Shown here: positions 17,809-26,458 of the stretch, piece after piece
How the letters are laid out: every line of letters begins with the position of its first letter
Position numbering within the stretch: position 1 is the first letter of the stretch
Assembly (NCBI GenBank): GCA_041300865.1
Contig: JBFYTF010000172.1
Location: forward strand, 113,754-177,753
Length of the DNA: 64,000 nucleotides
Direction of reading: 5' to 3'
Source of the DNA: Anaerolineae bacterium
GTDB taxonomy: Bacteria > Chloroflexota > Anaerolineae > JAAYZQ01
The notes under the pieces: model-generated
The model's input: only the letters and a program-made list of their open reading frames with translations
The model's database searches: none
What the model was told of the DNA's origin: nothing
Program-made: the position numbers and the translations under genes

Positions 17809-19212
17809 TCAGTAGGCACCGCGGCCCTTGACCACGGCTCCCAGCGTCTTCCATAGGATGCGGATGTCGAGGAGAAAAGTATAGTTCTGGATGTAGAAAA
17901 TGTCCTCCTCGGTGTGGAGGTGCATCGGCTTGTCGCTGCGGCCGTTCACCTGCCACCAGCCCGTGAGTCCCTGGGGTACGACCAACCTCTGGCGCTGCCA
18001 GGCCTCGTACTGCTCCACGATCCATGGCAGCTCCGGCCGAGGTCCAACCAGGCTCATGTCGCCCTTGAGGACGTTCCATAGTTGCGGCAGCTCGTCCATG
18101 CTGGTGCGACGCAAGAGCCTGCCGACGCGTGTGACGCGCGCATCTCCGGGATGTTTATATACCGGGTCTCCCTCCTCGGAGAATGTGACCGGTTCCCTCT
18201 CTGATTCCTCCGCTCCATGGATCATGGACCGGAACTTGACCATGTGAAAGAGCCTGCCGTTCTCGCCAACCCGTGCCTGCCGGTAGAGCACCGAACCGGG
18301 CGAGTCGAGGCGCACCGCGACGGCAATGAGAGCCAACAGAGGTGCGATCAGGGGCATGAAGATGATCGACAGGACCAGGTCAAAAGCGCGTTTCACGCGC
18401 CGCTCCAAGTGTGTCAGGCCGGCCTTCTGCAGCGTGATCACCGGGACGCTGGCAAACTCCTCGAGCTTGGTCCGGAACAGGAAAGACTTGAGGTGGTCGG
18501 GCACGATGCGCACTCTGGCCGGGAGATCCTGGAGGCTGCTCAGCAGGTCAAAGAAGGCATCGTAAGACTCCAGGGGCAACGCGAGAACGACCTCCTGGAT
18601 ACGCAGGCTGCGCACCTGGTCCTCTAGCTCGCGCACCTGCCCCAGGACGGGATACCCCGCCGCCGCTGCGCCCCGTGGCAGATCGTCGTCCAAGAAGCCA
18701 ACTAGCTCCAGACCCGTCCAGCGGTGTCGCTCGAGCATCTGCACCATGTCGCGGCCGATCTCGCCCGCGCCCAGGATCAGGACGCGGCGCCGTGCGTAAC
18801 GCGGGACATCGAGGATCCTCAGCACCAGGCGGACGGCCAGACGCGTGCCGGTGAGCAACAGCAGCTGCAGACCGTAAAAGAACAGCATCGACAATCGTGA
18901 TACATCGGGGAAAAGATAAAAGACCGCCGCGGTGAGGATGACGGTCGCTACGGTCGTAGTCACGAGGATGGCCTGCACGTCGTCCACGGCCCGCTGGTCG
19001 TGCGACTCGTACAGCGACAGCAACAGGGCTGTAACGATCCACGTGCCGGCTGCCAGCAAATAGAGCAGGCCCGGTAGACCGTGCGCGGGAGGCAGCTGCG
19101 GCGGTGTCACGGCCGAGCTCAGAACACCGGCCAGGAACAACGCCACGAAGGTTAGAGTGGCGTCCAGGATGAGGCGTAGAAACGCTGTGTTTTTCCGAAT
19201 TCCGTTCCTCAA
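17809..19212 (-). CDS. Polyprenyl-phosphate hexose-1-phosphate transferase, large WbaP/CpsE/WcaJ type
   Basis: It has N-terminal TM helices and a central Rossmann-like 'RVLILGAGEIG' segment. The C-terminal bacterial sugar transferase domain reads KRAFDLVLS..., 'MDELPQLWNVLKGDMSLVGPRP'. The TTG start at 19212 is preceded by GGGAGAAGGA. The alternative GTG at 19317 would place the promoter inside the ORF. Confidence 0.85.
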   Translation of the reverse strand: MRNGIRKNTAFLRLILDATLTFVALFLAGVLSSAVTPPQLPPAHGLPGLLYLLAAGTWIVTALLLSLYESHDQRAVDDVQAILVTTTVATVILTAAVFYLFPDVSRLSMLFFYGLQLLLLTGTRLAVRLVLRILDVPRYARRRVLILGAGEIGRDMVQMLERHRWTGLELVGFLDDDLPRGAAAAGYPVLGQVRELEDQVRSLRIQEVVLALPLESYDAFFDLLSSLQDLPARVRIVPDHLKSFLFRTKLEEFASVPVITLQKAGLTHLERRVKRAFDLVLSIIFMPLIAPLLALIAVAVRLDSPGSVLYRQARVGENGRLFHMVKFRSMIHGAEESEREPVTFSEEGDPVYKHPGDARVTRVGRLLRRTSMDELPQLWNVLKGDMSLVGPRPELPWIVEQYEAWQRQRLVVPQGLTGWWQVNGRSDKPMHLHTEEDIFYIQNYTFLLDIRILWKTLGAVVKGRGAY

Positions 19213-19254
19213 CGTCCTTCTCCCAGCGTCAGCGCCCGCGGCTTGGCATGAGGA

Positions 19255-19284
19255 TATTGTACCGCATGCGGGCAGGGAGTGCAA
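19255..19284 (-). promoter_or_regulatory. Sigma70-type promoter for the WbaP-type PGT gene
   Basis: The minus strand reads TTGCAC-18-TACAAT, just downstream of the leuS stop. Confidence 0.45.
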
Positions 19285-19335
19285 CAGCCGGACGGTGAGA
19301 ATCCGGCGAACCGCCACCGCCCTTGGCTGCTGGTT

Positions 19336-22134
19336 CTATTTTACGACAATATTGATCAGGCGACCCGGGACCACCACCACCTGGGCAATGGTCTTGCCCT
19401 CGAGATGCCTCTGCGCCCCTTCGCTCTGCAGCGCCAGGCTGCGCATCGTTTCCTTGTCCACGCCGGCCGGCACCTGGATCCGGTCTCGTACCCTGCCGTT
19501 GATCTGGACCGGGATGGTGATCGTGTCCTCGGCGGCGATGGTCTCGTCCCACTGCGGCCAGGCCTGGGCGTGAATCGAATAGGCGCGCCCAGTGCGGGTC
19601 CATAGCTCCTCGGCGATGTGCGGGCAGGCGGGTGCCAGCATCAACAGTAGGGCTTCCGTGGCCTCGCTCCAGGCCTCGGTGTGGTACAGCCCTGCTTCTT
19701 TGGCCTTGAGCATGGCGTTGTTCAGTTCCATGAGGTTGGCGATGTAGGTGTTAAAGCCAAAGGCCTGCATGTCCTCGGTGCCCCGCCGAATCGCCTGGTG
19801 CACCTTGCGGCGAAGAGCACGTACCTGGTCGTCGCCCGGCGGGGTTTGGCGGCTCGGTCCCGGCTCCAGCACGTTCTCCCATACCCGGTGCAAAAAGCGC
19901 ACGACACCCTCTATGCCCTGCGAGTCCCACGGCCCGCCCTGGTCCCAACGCCAGCCGAACATCAGATAGGCACGCACCGTGTCGGCGCCGTACCGGCTGA
20001 CCAACGAGTCGGGCGCGATGACATTGCCCCGGCTCTTGGACATTTTTTCACCGTCCTCGCCGAGGATGATACCCTGGTTGCGCAGCCTGGTCATCGGTTC
20101 TTCGAGGTTGACAATCCCCATGTCGCGCATCACCTTCGTGAAGAAGCGGGTGTAGATCAGGTGCATCGTAGCGTGCTCGATCCCGCCGGTGTACAAGTCC
20201 ACGGGCAACCAATAGGCGGCCTCTTGCGGGTCAAAGGGCATGGAATCGGCGTGAGCCGGTTCACCTTCCCGGGAGTAAGGGCTCAGGTAGGCATACTGGT
20301 ACCAGGACGAGCACATAAAGGTGTCCATGGTATCCGTCTCGCGCGTTGCCGGCCCTCCGCAGCGCGGGCACGTGGTGCGCAGAAATCCTTCATGGAACTT
20401 GAGCGCGTTTTCGCCCGAGGGCGGGATGACAGCGTCTTCGGGCAGCAGGACTGGGAGCTCCTCGTAGGGCACCGGCACGGTGCCGCACTCCTGGCAGTAG
20501 ACGATGGGAATGGGTGCTCCCCAGTAACGCTGGCGGCTAATGAGCCAGTCGTGCAGCCGGTAGTTGACCCGGAAGTGGCCGCGTCCCGTTTCCTCTAGCC
20601 ATTCCGTGACGCGCTCCTTGGTTACCTCGCCCGGCGTGCCGCTGAATTCTTGCGAGTGGATCATGGTCCCATATTCGGCGTGAAAGAGCACGTCGCGGTA
20701 GAAGGGCTTGCTCCAGAGCAGCTCCATGGCCGTCTGGTAGCCCTGCGCCCCCGGATCGAGGGTGTGGCAGCGGGCCAGGATCGTCCGGTCGGCCTCGACC
20801 GAGTCGAGCTCGATCACCCCGTCGGCAAAGACAAACAGCCAACGCCCGCCGGCCAGCTCGCCCCATGCCCCCGGCCGGAGGTGCTGCCCGAGCAGCGCCG
20901 CATAGCGCTCGGCATCCTCGGCACGCATGGACACGCGGTATTCCCCACCCTGCTCCTCAAAACAGAAACCGGCCTGGGCCAGGGCGCTGGGCCAGCCCTC
21001 GTCTACGGAGCCGGCCGGCACGGCGCTTCGCGTGGCGCCGTCGGGACGGTCAATCACCGGGATGATGGGCAGCCCAAACTTGAGAGCGAACTCGAAGTCA
21101 CGCTCGTCGTGGGCCGGCACGGCCATGATGGCTCCCGTGCCGTACGTCATCATCACATAGTCGGCGATCCAGATGGGGATGCGCCGGCCGTTGACAGGGT
21201 TGATGGCATAGGCGCCAATGAAGACGCCCGTCTTTTCTTTTTCTGTGCTCAGGCGCTCGATCTCGGTCTGGCGGCCGGCTTGCTGCGTGTAGGCTGCTAC
21301 CTCCGCCTGGCGTTCCGGCACCGTCAAGCGGGCCACCAGCGGATGCTCTGGCGCGAGAACCATGAACGTCGCGCCCCACAGCGTATCCGGCCGCGTGGTG
21401 AAAACGACGATGTCGTCGCCCGCCTCCGAGCGGAAGGTGACGTCCGCGCCCTCGCTGCGTCCGATCCAGTTCGACTGCATAGCCACCACGCGCTCAGGCC
21501 AGTCGATCTTCTGAAAGTCCAGTAGCTCGTCGGCATACTGCGTGATGCGGAAGAACCACTGATCCAGGTCTTTGACAATGACCGGCGTGCCGCACCGCTC
21601 GCAGTGGCGGTCCTCACCCCACACCTGTTCTCGGGCCAGGGTGGTGTTGCAGTTGGGGCAAAAGTCCACCGGCGCAAAGGATTTGTAGGCAATCCCGGCG
21701 TCGTAGAACTTCAGGAAGAACCACTGCGTCCAGCGGTAGTAGCCGGGCAGGCAGGAGACGGCTTCCCGCTCCCAGTCAAACATAGTGCCCATGCTGCGTA
21801 GCTGCTGCCGCATGCGCTCGATGTTGGCCATGGTCCAGGTATAGGGATGCACGTCGTGGTTGATGGCCGCGTTTTCGGCGGGCAGGCCAAAGGCGTCAAA
21901 GCCAATAGGGAACAACACGTTGTAGCCCTGCATGCGCACGAAACGCGCCCGGGCATCCGACGGCGCCATTGCATACCAGTGGCCGATGTGGAGATCGCCG
22001 CTGGGGTAAGGCAGCATCGTCAGGGCATAGAATTTCGGCCTGTCAGAGTCGGCGACCGAACGATACAGGCCATCCTCCTCCCATCGGGCCTGCCAGCGGG
22101 GCTCGATCTCCTGGGGAATATACTTTTCAGCCAC
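19336..22134 (-). CDS. leuS: Leucine--tRNA ligase
   Basis: Motifs seen: 'PYPSGDLHIGH' (HIGH), 'KMSKSRGN' (KMSKS) and 'YRLHDWLISRQRYWG'. The GTG start at 22134 is preceded by GAGGAG. The promoter lies inside the ORF-track extension. Confidence 0.95.
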   Translation of the reverse strand: MAEKYIPQEIEPRWQARWEEDGLYRSVADSDRPKFYALTMLPYPSGDLHIGHWYAMAPSDARARFVRMQGYNVLFPIGFDAFGLPAENAAINHDVHPYTWTMANIERMRQQLRSMGTMFDWEREAVSCLPGYYRWTQWFFLKFYDAGIAYKSFAPVDFCPNCNTTLAREQVWGEDRHCERCGTPVIVKDLDQWFFRITQYADELLDFQKIDWPERVVAMQSNWIGRSEGADVTFRSEAGDDIVVFTTRPDTLWGATFMVLAPEHPLVARLTVPERQAEVAAYTQQAGRQTEIERLSTEKEKTGVFIGAYAINPVNGRRIPIWIADYVMMTYGTGAIMAVPAHDERDFEFALKFGLPIIPVIDRPDGATRSAVPAGSVDEGWPSALAQAGFCFEEQGGEYRVSMRAEDAERYAALLGQHLRPGAWGELAGGRWLFVFADGVIELDSVEADRTILARCHTLDPGAQGYQTAMELLWSKPFYRDVLFHAEYGTMIHSQEFSGTPGEVTKERVTEWLEETGRGHFRVNYRLHDWLISRQRYWGAPIPIVYCQECGTVPVPYEELPVLLPEDAVIPPSGENALKFHEGFLRTTCPRCGGPATRETDTMDTFMCSSWYQYAYLSPYSREGEPAHADSMPFDPQEAAYWLPVDLYTGGIEHATMHLIYTRFFTKVMRDMGIVNLEEPMTRLRNQGIILGEDGEKMSKSRGNVIAPDSLVSRYGADTVRAYLMFGWRWDQGGPWDSQGIEGVVRFLHRVWENVLEPGPSRQTPPGDDQVRALRRKVHQAIRRGTEDMQAFGFNTYIANLMELNNAMLKAKEAGLYHTEAWSEATEALLLMLAPACPHIAEELWTRTGRAYSIHAQAWPQWDETIAAEDTITIPVQINGRVRDRIQVPAGVDKETMRSLALQSEGAQRHLEGKTIAQVVVVPGRLINIVVK

Positions 22135-22182
22135 GATATTCTTCTCCTCGTCTATAAGGCGACTGCCTGTGGGGCCGCGGGC

Positions 22183-22211
22183 ATTATACATCGCAACGAT
22201 GGATGAGTCAA
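22183..22211 (-). promoter_or_regulatory. Sigma70-type promoter for leuS
   Basis: The minus strand reads TTGACT-17-TATAAT (TG directly 5' of the -10). It lies ~45 nt upstream of the GTG at 22134. Confidence 0.6.
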
Positions 22212-22635
22212 TTCCCCCGCATTCCCTCATGCAAAATGCTCCCTGGCGGCGGGTCCCCAGAGCAACTGCATCTCAACGTGACCACTGGGCGGTGCTTTCA
22301 CCGCTAGAGGCGATTGCCCACTAGGACCCCCTCCATATAGCCCTAAAACAACACAATCATACAAACCTGCGCTCCCATTCGATTATCCGTTGGCCGAAGG
22401 CGTTCGATGACGCCCTTCACATCGACCTCTCGCTCGCGGCGGCGACCAACGAGGACCGTAAGGGCGACCCTAAGGGAGTGGCGATCCCGCCGGAACGGGC
22501 TTCCACGTGTGCTACCCTTGCATCCTGCGCAAAATCTGGGCGACAGGTCCGACTCCCGGCGGCGCCTTGACCGCTAGCTGCGGTTGCCCCGGGCGGATCC
22601 CCAGTGGGCGGCGCACGCCAGATCGTGGACCGGGC

Positions 22636-23253
22636 TCACGTGGAACGGAGAAACTCGAGCAGGATGCCGTTGAACTCCTGCGGCTTGAAGCGCATGGGGT
22701 GATGCCCGCCCCACTCAGGCACGCCCTCCTGGTCGGTCACACCGGCAATCACCTCCACTCGGCTGCCGGCAATGGCGGCTCCGAACCAGGCGGCGTTGGA
22801 CAGGGGCAGGACGGTGTCGTCCTCGCCCCAGACGACGAGTGCCGGGCAGGCGATGCCCTCCAACTGCTCCTCGGAAAAATGGCCCACCCCGGCGCTGTCC
22901 ACCAGGACAAGGCGGGCCACGCTTGCCGGGGCCAAAAGCGCTGTTTCGAGGACGACCATACCGCCCCACGAGACGCCGCCGAGCGTAGCCGGTGCCAAAC
23001 CCTCGGCTTCCACGAGATCCAGCGTGGCCTCGGCCTGCTGTCTCTGGCCGAGCCGCTCCCCTCCCGACTGACCGTAACCCACGAGGTCGAGGGCATAGGC
23101 ACGGAAACCGGCCTCGGCGAGGGCGGCCAGATTGTTCTCCCACACGCGCCACGTGCTGTCGGGATGGTAGCCGTGGGCCAGTACCACTGCCGGCCCGTCG
23201 CCCTCAATGCGAGCGTGGATCCGGCCATGGCGCGTCTCGATCATTTTGTCCAT
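22636..23253 (-). CDS. Alpha/beta-fold hydrolase
   Basis: 205 aa from ATG 23253, with RBS GGGAAGGAAAAG. 'VVLAHGY' and 'GVSWGG' (GXSXG nucleophile elbow) are present. The ORF-track extension into the tRNA gene is rejected. Confidence 0.8.
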   Translation of the reverse strand: MDKMIETRHGRIHARIEGDGPAVVLAHGYHPDSTWRVWENNLAALAEAGFRAYALDLVGYGQSGGERLGQRQQAEATLDLVEAEGLAPATLGGVSWGGMVVLETALLAPASVARLVLVDSAGVGHFSEEQLEGIACPALVVWGEDDTVLPLSNAAWFGAAIAGSRVEVIAGVTDQEGVPEWGGHHPMRFKPQEFNGILLEFLRST

Positions 23254-23271
23254 CTTTTCCTTCCCTCTGTA

Positions 23272-23306
23272 GGAAAAAACCCCCTTCGCCAGAAGCAAAG
23301 GGGGTT
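23272..23306 (-). terminator. Rho-independent terminator after the tRNA-Ala pair
   Basis: On the minus strand the stem is CCCCCTT/AAGGGGG (7 bp) with an 11-nt loop, followed by TTTTTT. Confidence 0.7.
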
Positions 23307-23319
23307 CCACGTGACCGCC

Positions 23320-23395
23320 TGGTGGAGCTGAGGGGACTCGAACCCCTGACCTTCTCAATGCCATTGAGACGCGCTCCCAGCTGCGCTACAGCCCC
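23320..23395 (-). tRNA. tRNA-Ala (anticodon GGC)
   Basis: I folded a 76-nt cloverleaf by hand: GGGGCTG acceptor, G3:U70 Ala identity pair, anticodon loop ATGGCAT, T-loop TTCGAGT, encoded CCA. Confidence 0.9.
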
Positions 23396-23430
23396 ACGTA
23401 AGCTCTCTATTCGCCTGGAAAGAAACCGGC

Positions 23431-23506
23431 TGGTGGAGCTGAGGGGATTCGAACCCCTGGCCTCTACAGTGCGATTGTAGCGCTCTCCCAGCTGAGCTAC
23501 AGCCCC
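23431..23506 (-). tRNA. tRNA-Ala (anticodon CGC)
   Basis: 76-nt cloverleaf with the same acceptor stem and G3:U70, anticodon loop ATCGCAC, T-loop TTCGAAT, encoded CCA. Confidence 0.9.
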
Positions 23507-23526
23507 CCGTGCCATTGGCGAGGCAT

Positions 23527-23555
23527 AGTATAGCCCAGAATAGGTGCCTTGTCAA
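23527..23555 (-). promoter_or_regulatory. Sigma70-type promoter for the tRNA-Ala genes
   Basis: The minus strand reads TTGACA-17-TATACT, ~20 nt upstream of the tRNA 5' end. Confidence 0.65.
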
Positions 23556-23602
23556 ACAAGCTGCCACGCACGGCCAGACCAGCCGCTATCGCCACCGCCA
23601 AT

Positions 23603-23631
23603 TTGATGTTTCGCCCCGTCTATGGTATGCT
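23603..23631 (+). promoter_or_regulatory. Candidate promoter for the MBL-hydrolase/kinase/mazG unit
   Basis: TTGATG-17-TATGCT, ~30 nt upstream of the ATG at 23664. Confidence 0.4.
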
Positions 23632-23663
23632 ACAGGCAGCCAACTGCGCGCAACGAGGGTAGC

Positions 23664-24278
23664 ATGAAGCTAGAAATAGAGCGCTTGGAATTGGGTCCTT
23701 GGCCCATGAACTGCTACCTGATCCGCTGCCCGGCCACTGGCCAGGTTGCGGTCGTAGACCCTGGAGCAGACCCAGAGACGATCCTGGACGCCGTCGAGGC
23801 CGGCTCGGTGGCCTGCATCCTTTTGACCCACGGTCACCCCGACCACGTGGGTGCCCTCGAGGCTGTCCGGCAGGCCACGGGCGTCCCGGTTGGCATCCAC
23901 CCAGCGGATGCCGAGGAGTGGGCGGTGCCGGCGGACTTTCCGCTTGTGCACGGTAGCGAGGTAGAGGTGGGACGGGGGCAGGTATCGGTCGTGCATGTCC
24001 CCGGGCACACGCCGGGCAGCGTCTGCCTGCGGCTCGGCGACAGGGTCATCGCCGGCGACGCCATCTTTCCCGGCGGCCCCGGCCACACCACCTCACCCGC
24101 AGCCCTGGTTCAGAGCCTGGAGTCGTTGGCCCGCCATGTCTTTCGCTGGCCCGATGCCACCGAGCTCTATCCCGGGCACGGCGGCTCAACCACAGTGGGC
24201 GCCGAGAGGGACGCCTTTGTAGCATTTCTGGCCGCTGATCATCCGGCCAACCTGCACGGTGATGTAACCTGGCGCTGA
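23664..24278 (+). CDS. MBL-fold metallo-hydrolase (glyoxalase II-like)
   Basis: It contains the 'LLTHGHPDHVGA' HxHxDH metal motif. It is ~204 aa from ATG 23664. Confidence 0.85.
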   Translation: MKLEIERLELGPWPMNCYLIRCPATGQVAVVDPGADPETILDAVEAGSVACILLTHGHPDHVGALEAVRQATGVPVGIHPADAEEWAVPADFPLVHGSEVEVGRGQVSVVHVPGHTPGSVCLRLGDRVIAGDAIFPGGPGHTTSPAALVQSLESLARHVFRWPDATELYPGHGGSTTVGAERDAFVAFLAADHPANLHGDVTWR

Positions 24279-24304
24279 TGCCAGGGTCTGCGATTGGAGG
24301 GCGC

Positions 24305-26458
24305 ATGCTCGGCCGGGTCATCAAGAACAAGTACAAGATCTATGACGAGATCGGTTCGGGTGGCTTTGCCACAGTCTACCTCGGCCGCAACGTGGACACG
24401 AACGAGATCGTCGCCGTCAAGGTTTTGAGCGAGCAGTTTACTCGTGAGCCCCGCTACGTCGAGCGCTTTCGCCGTGAAGCCGGCCTGGCCGAGCGCCTGG
24501 CCCACGAGAACGTGGTGCGCATCCTCGACCACGGCGTCGAGGGCGGCACACACTTCCTGGTCATGGAGTTCGTCGAGGGCCTGACCCTTGACGCGATGCT
24601 CGAACGCCGGGGAGGGCTGCCCATCCACGAGGCCGTGTCCTACCTGAAGCAGACCTGCCAGGGCTTGCAGGCGGCCCACGAAGCGGGGATCGTGCACCGC
24701 GACATCAAGCCCGCCAACCTCATGATCACCCCGGGCGGCAAGATCAAGATCATGGACTTTGGCATTGCCCGCATGGAGGCCATGGCCGGCTTGACCCAGA
24801 GCGGCATGTTCATGGGCACGCCGCGCTACATTTCGCCCGAAATGGCCCGCGGTGCAGGGGCCGACATCCGCTCGGACCTCTACGCCCTGGGACTGCTGAC
24901 CTACGAGATGCTCACCGGCAAGCCGCCTTTTGACGCCGACAACCCCTGGGCTGTGCTGCGCCTGCAGCTCGAGGAGAACCCGGTCCCGCTGCGTGAGGTC
25001 CGCCCCGAGGTTCCCTCCTGGCTGGAAGACATCATCAACCGGGCCGTGGCCAAAGAACCTGCTCGCCGCTTCCAGGATCCGGCCGAGATGCTGGCGGCCG
25101 TGGAGCAGCAGACGGCAGCTCCCCGGGGCATGACCGCGGTCGCGCCCCGGTCCGCTGTCCCCACCCTCCCGCCCACGCGCCTGCCACGCCGTCGCTCTTC
25201 GCGCGGCCTGGTCTTCGGGCTTGGCGGGGCTGCGGCCGTTGTCGCCCTGGGGCTGGTTGCGCTGCTTCTGCTCCGCCCTTGGGGCGGGGGCACGCCGACG
25301 GCGACGGTGTCGCCCACGGATGCCGGTGTGGTACCGGTGGCGGCTGTGAGCCACACGCCGCAGGCCAGCGATACGCCCGTGGTCGTCGTGGTCACCAGCA
25401 CACCCGAGCCTACGCTGCCGCCCACCGAGACGCCTGCGCCTTCCGAGACGCCATCACCCGAGCCCACAGCTACCGCCACGGTGCCACCGCCGAGCGATAC
25501 ACCGGCACCGACGGCCGCCCCGCCCACCGCCGCGCCAACCCAGGCACCGCGCTCCTCGCCGACGCCCGACCAACCGACCGCAGCCCCGGCGCCCACGAGC
25601 CCGCCGCCCCCGACCGTCACCGGCCGCATCGCCTACAGCGCCGGTGGCAGGCTGCACATCGTCACTGCCGCCTCCGGGGCTGACACGGTGCCGCCGGTCT
25701 CTGACGCCCGCCAACCCGATTTTCGGCGCGATGGCAATGAGGTCGTTGTCGATGGCCTGGGCAGCCCCTCGGCCTCGATCTTTAGCGTCAATGCCAACAC
25801 CGGCGCGTTTGTGCGAAACCAGACGGCCTACACCGATGACTATCACCCCTCCTGGTCGCCGGACGGCTCGCGCTTTGCCTACGACTCGACCCACTACGGC
25901 GCCAACCTCGGACTCTTGCTCTACACGCAGGGCCATACCAACGGCAATCCCCAGTCGCCAGTTCCCGTCGGCTACGATGGGCAGCAGATCCGTGGTCACT
26001 CGCCCGTCTGGACAGATGGAGACTGGCTAGCCTATACCGGGTGTGATTTCTGGGTACCAAAGGACCAGGGCGGCTGGTCCAAGTGCGGTATCTACGGCAT
26101 CCCCAGTTGGGGCGAAACACGGCCCGCGATGTTGCACCCGGGAAGCACCGACATGCGCGCCACCGACAACTATGGCGACCAGCTTCTCTTTATGAGCCAG
26201 GAGAGCGGCAACTGGGAGGTATATATCATGCCCGCGGGGGGCGGCGCGGCACGCAGCCTGTCGGACAGCCCGGGTTCCCAGGATGGCCTCGGCACGTTTT
26301 CGCCCAACGGTAGGCTGGTGGCCTTTGCCTCCAACCGGGGGGGCAGCTGGGCCGTCTGGGCCGTGGCAACCGATGGCAGCGGCCTGACCAAGCTCTTCAA
26401 TTTGCCGGGCACCCCAGGCTCGCCCTGGACCGACGACAACATGTCGTGGGGGCCGTGA
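24305..26458 (+). CDS. Ser/Thr protein kinase with TM helix, Pro/Thr linker and TolB-like (PD40) beta-propeller ectodomain
   Basis: Hanks kinase motifs are present: GSGGFATVY, VAVK, HRDIKPANL, DFG, SPE. The TM segment is LVFGLGGAAAVVALGLVALLLL. A PT-rich stretch follows. The repeats 'SWSPDGSRFAY' and 'FSPNGRLVAFASNRGG' mark the propeller. Confidence 0.9.
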   Translation: MLGRVIKNKYKIYDEIGSGGFATVYLGRNVDTNEIVAVKVLSEQFTREPRYVERFRREAGLAERLAHENVVRILDHGVEGGTHFLVMEFVEGLTLDAMLERRGGLPIHEAVSYLKQTCQGLQAAHEAGIVHRDIKPANLMITPGGKIKIMDFGIARMEAMAGLTQSGMFMGTPRYISPEMARGAGADIRSDLYALGLLTYEMLTGKPPFDADNPWAVLRLQLEENPVPLREVRPEVPSWLEDIINRAVAKEPARRFQDPAEMLAAVEQQTAAPRGMTAVAPRSAVPTLPPTRLPRRRSSRGLVFGLGGAAAVVALGLVALLLLRPWGGGTPTATVSPTDAGVVPVAAVSHTPQASDTPVVVVVTSTPEPTLPPTETPAPSETPSPEPTATATVPPPSDTPAPTAAPPTAAPTQAPRSSPTPDQPTAAPAPTSPPPPTVTGRIAYSAGGRLHIVTAASGADTVPPVSDARQPDFRRDGNEVVVDGLGSPSASIFSVNANTGAFVRNQTAYTDDYHPSWSPDGSRFAYDSTHYGANLGLLLYTQGHTNGNPQSPVPVGYDGQQIRGHSPVWTDGDWLAYTGCDFWVPKDQGGWSKCGIYGIPSWGETRPAMLHPGSTDMRATDNYGDQLLFMSQESGNWEVYIMPAGGGAARSLSDSPGSQDGLGTFSPNGRLVAFASNRGGSWAVWAVATDGSGLTKLFNLPGTPGSPWTDDNMSWGP

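Noticed and set aside
22135-22635. T-box leader upstream of leuS.
   Set aside because: No GGUGGUACCGCG-type T-box sequence and no terminator/antiterminator pair was found (only a loose 'CAGTGGTCACG'). A near-consensus promoter at 22183-22211 leaves only a ~45-nt leader.
22231-22635. tmRNA, RNase P RNA, SRP RNA or cobalamin riboswitch in the non-coding island.
   Set aside because: The diagnostic elements are missing:
- tmRNA: no tRNA-like ends or CCA, and no tag ORF.
- RNase P RNA: no GGAAAGUCCGG or ACAGAA.CCGGCUUA.
- SRP RNA: no GGAAGCAGC.
- Cobalamin riboswitch: only partial resemblance to the B12 box, and there is no B12-related downstream gene.
This needs an Infernal scan to be sure.
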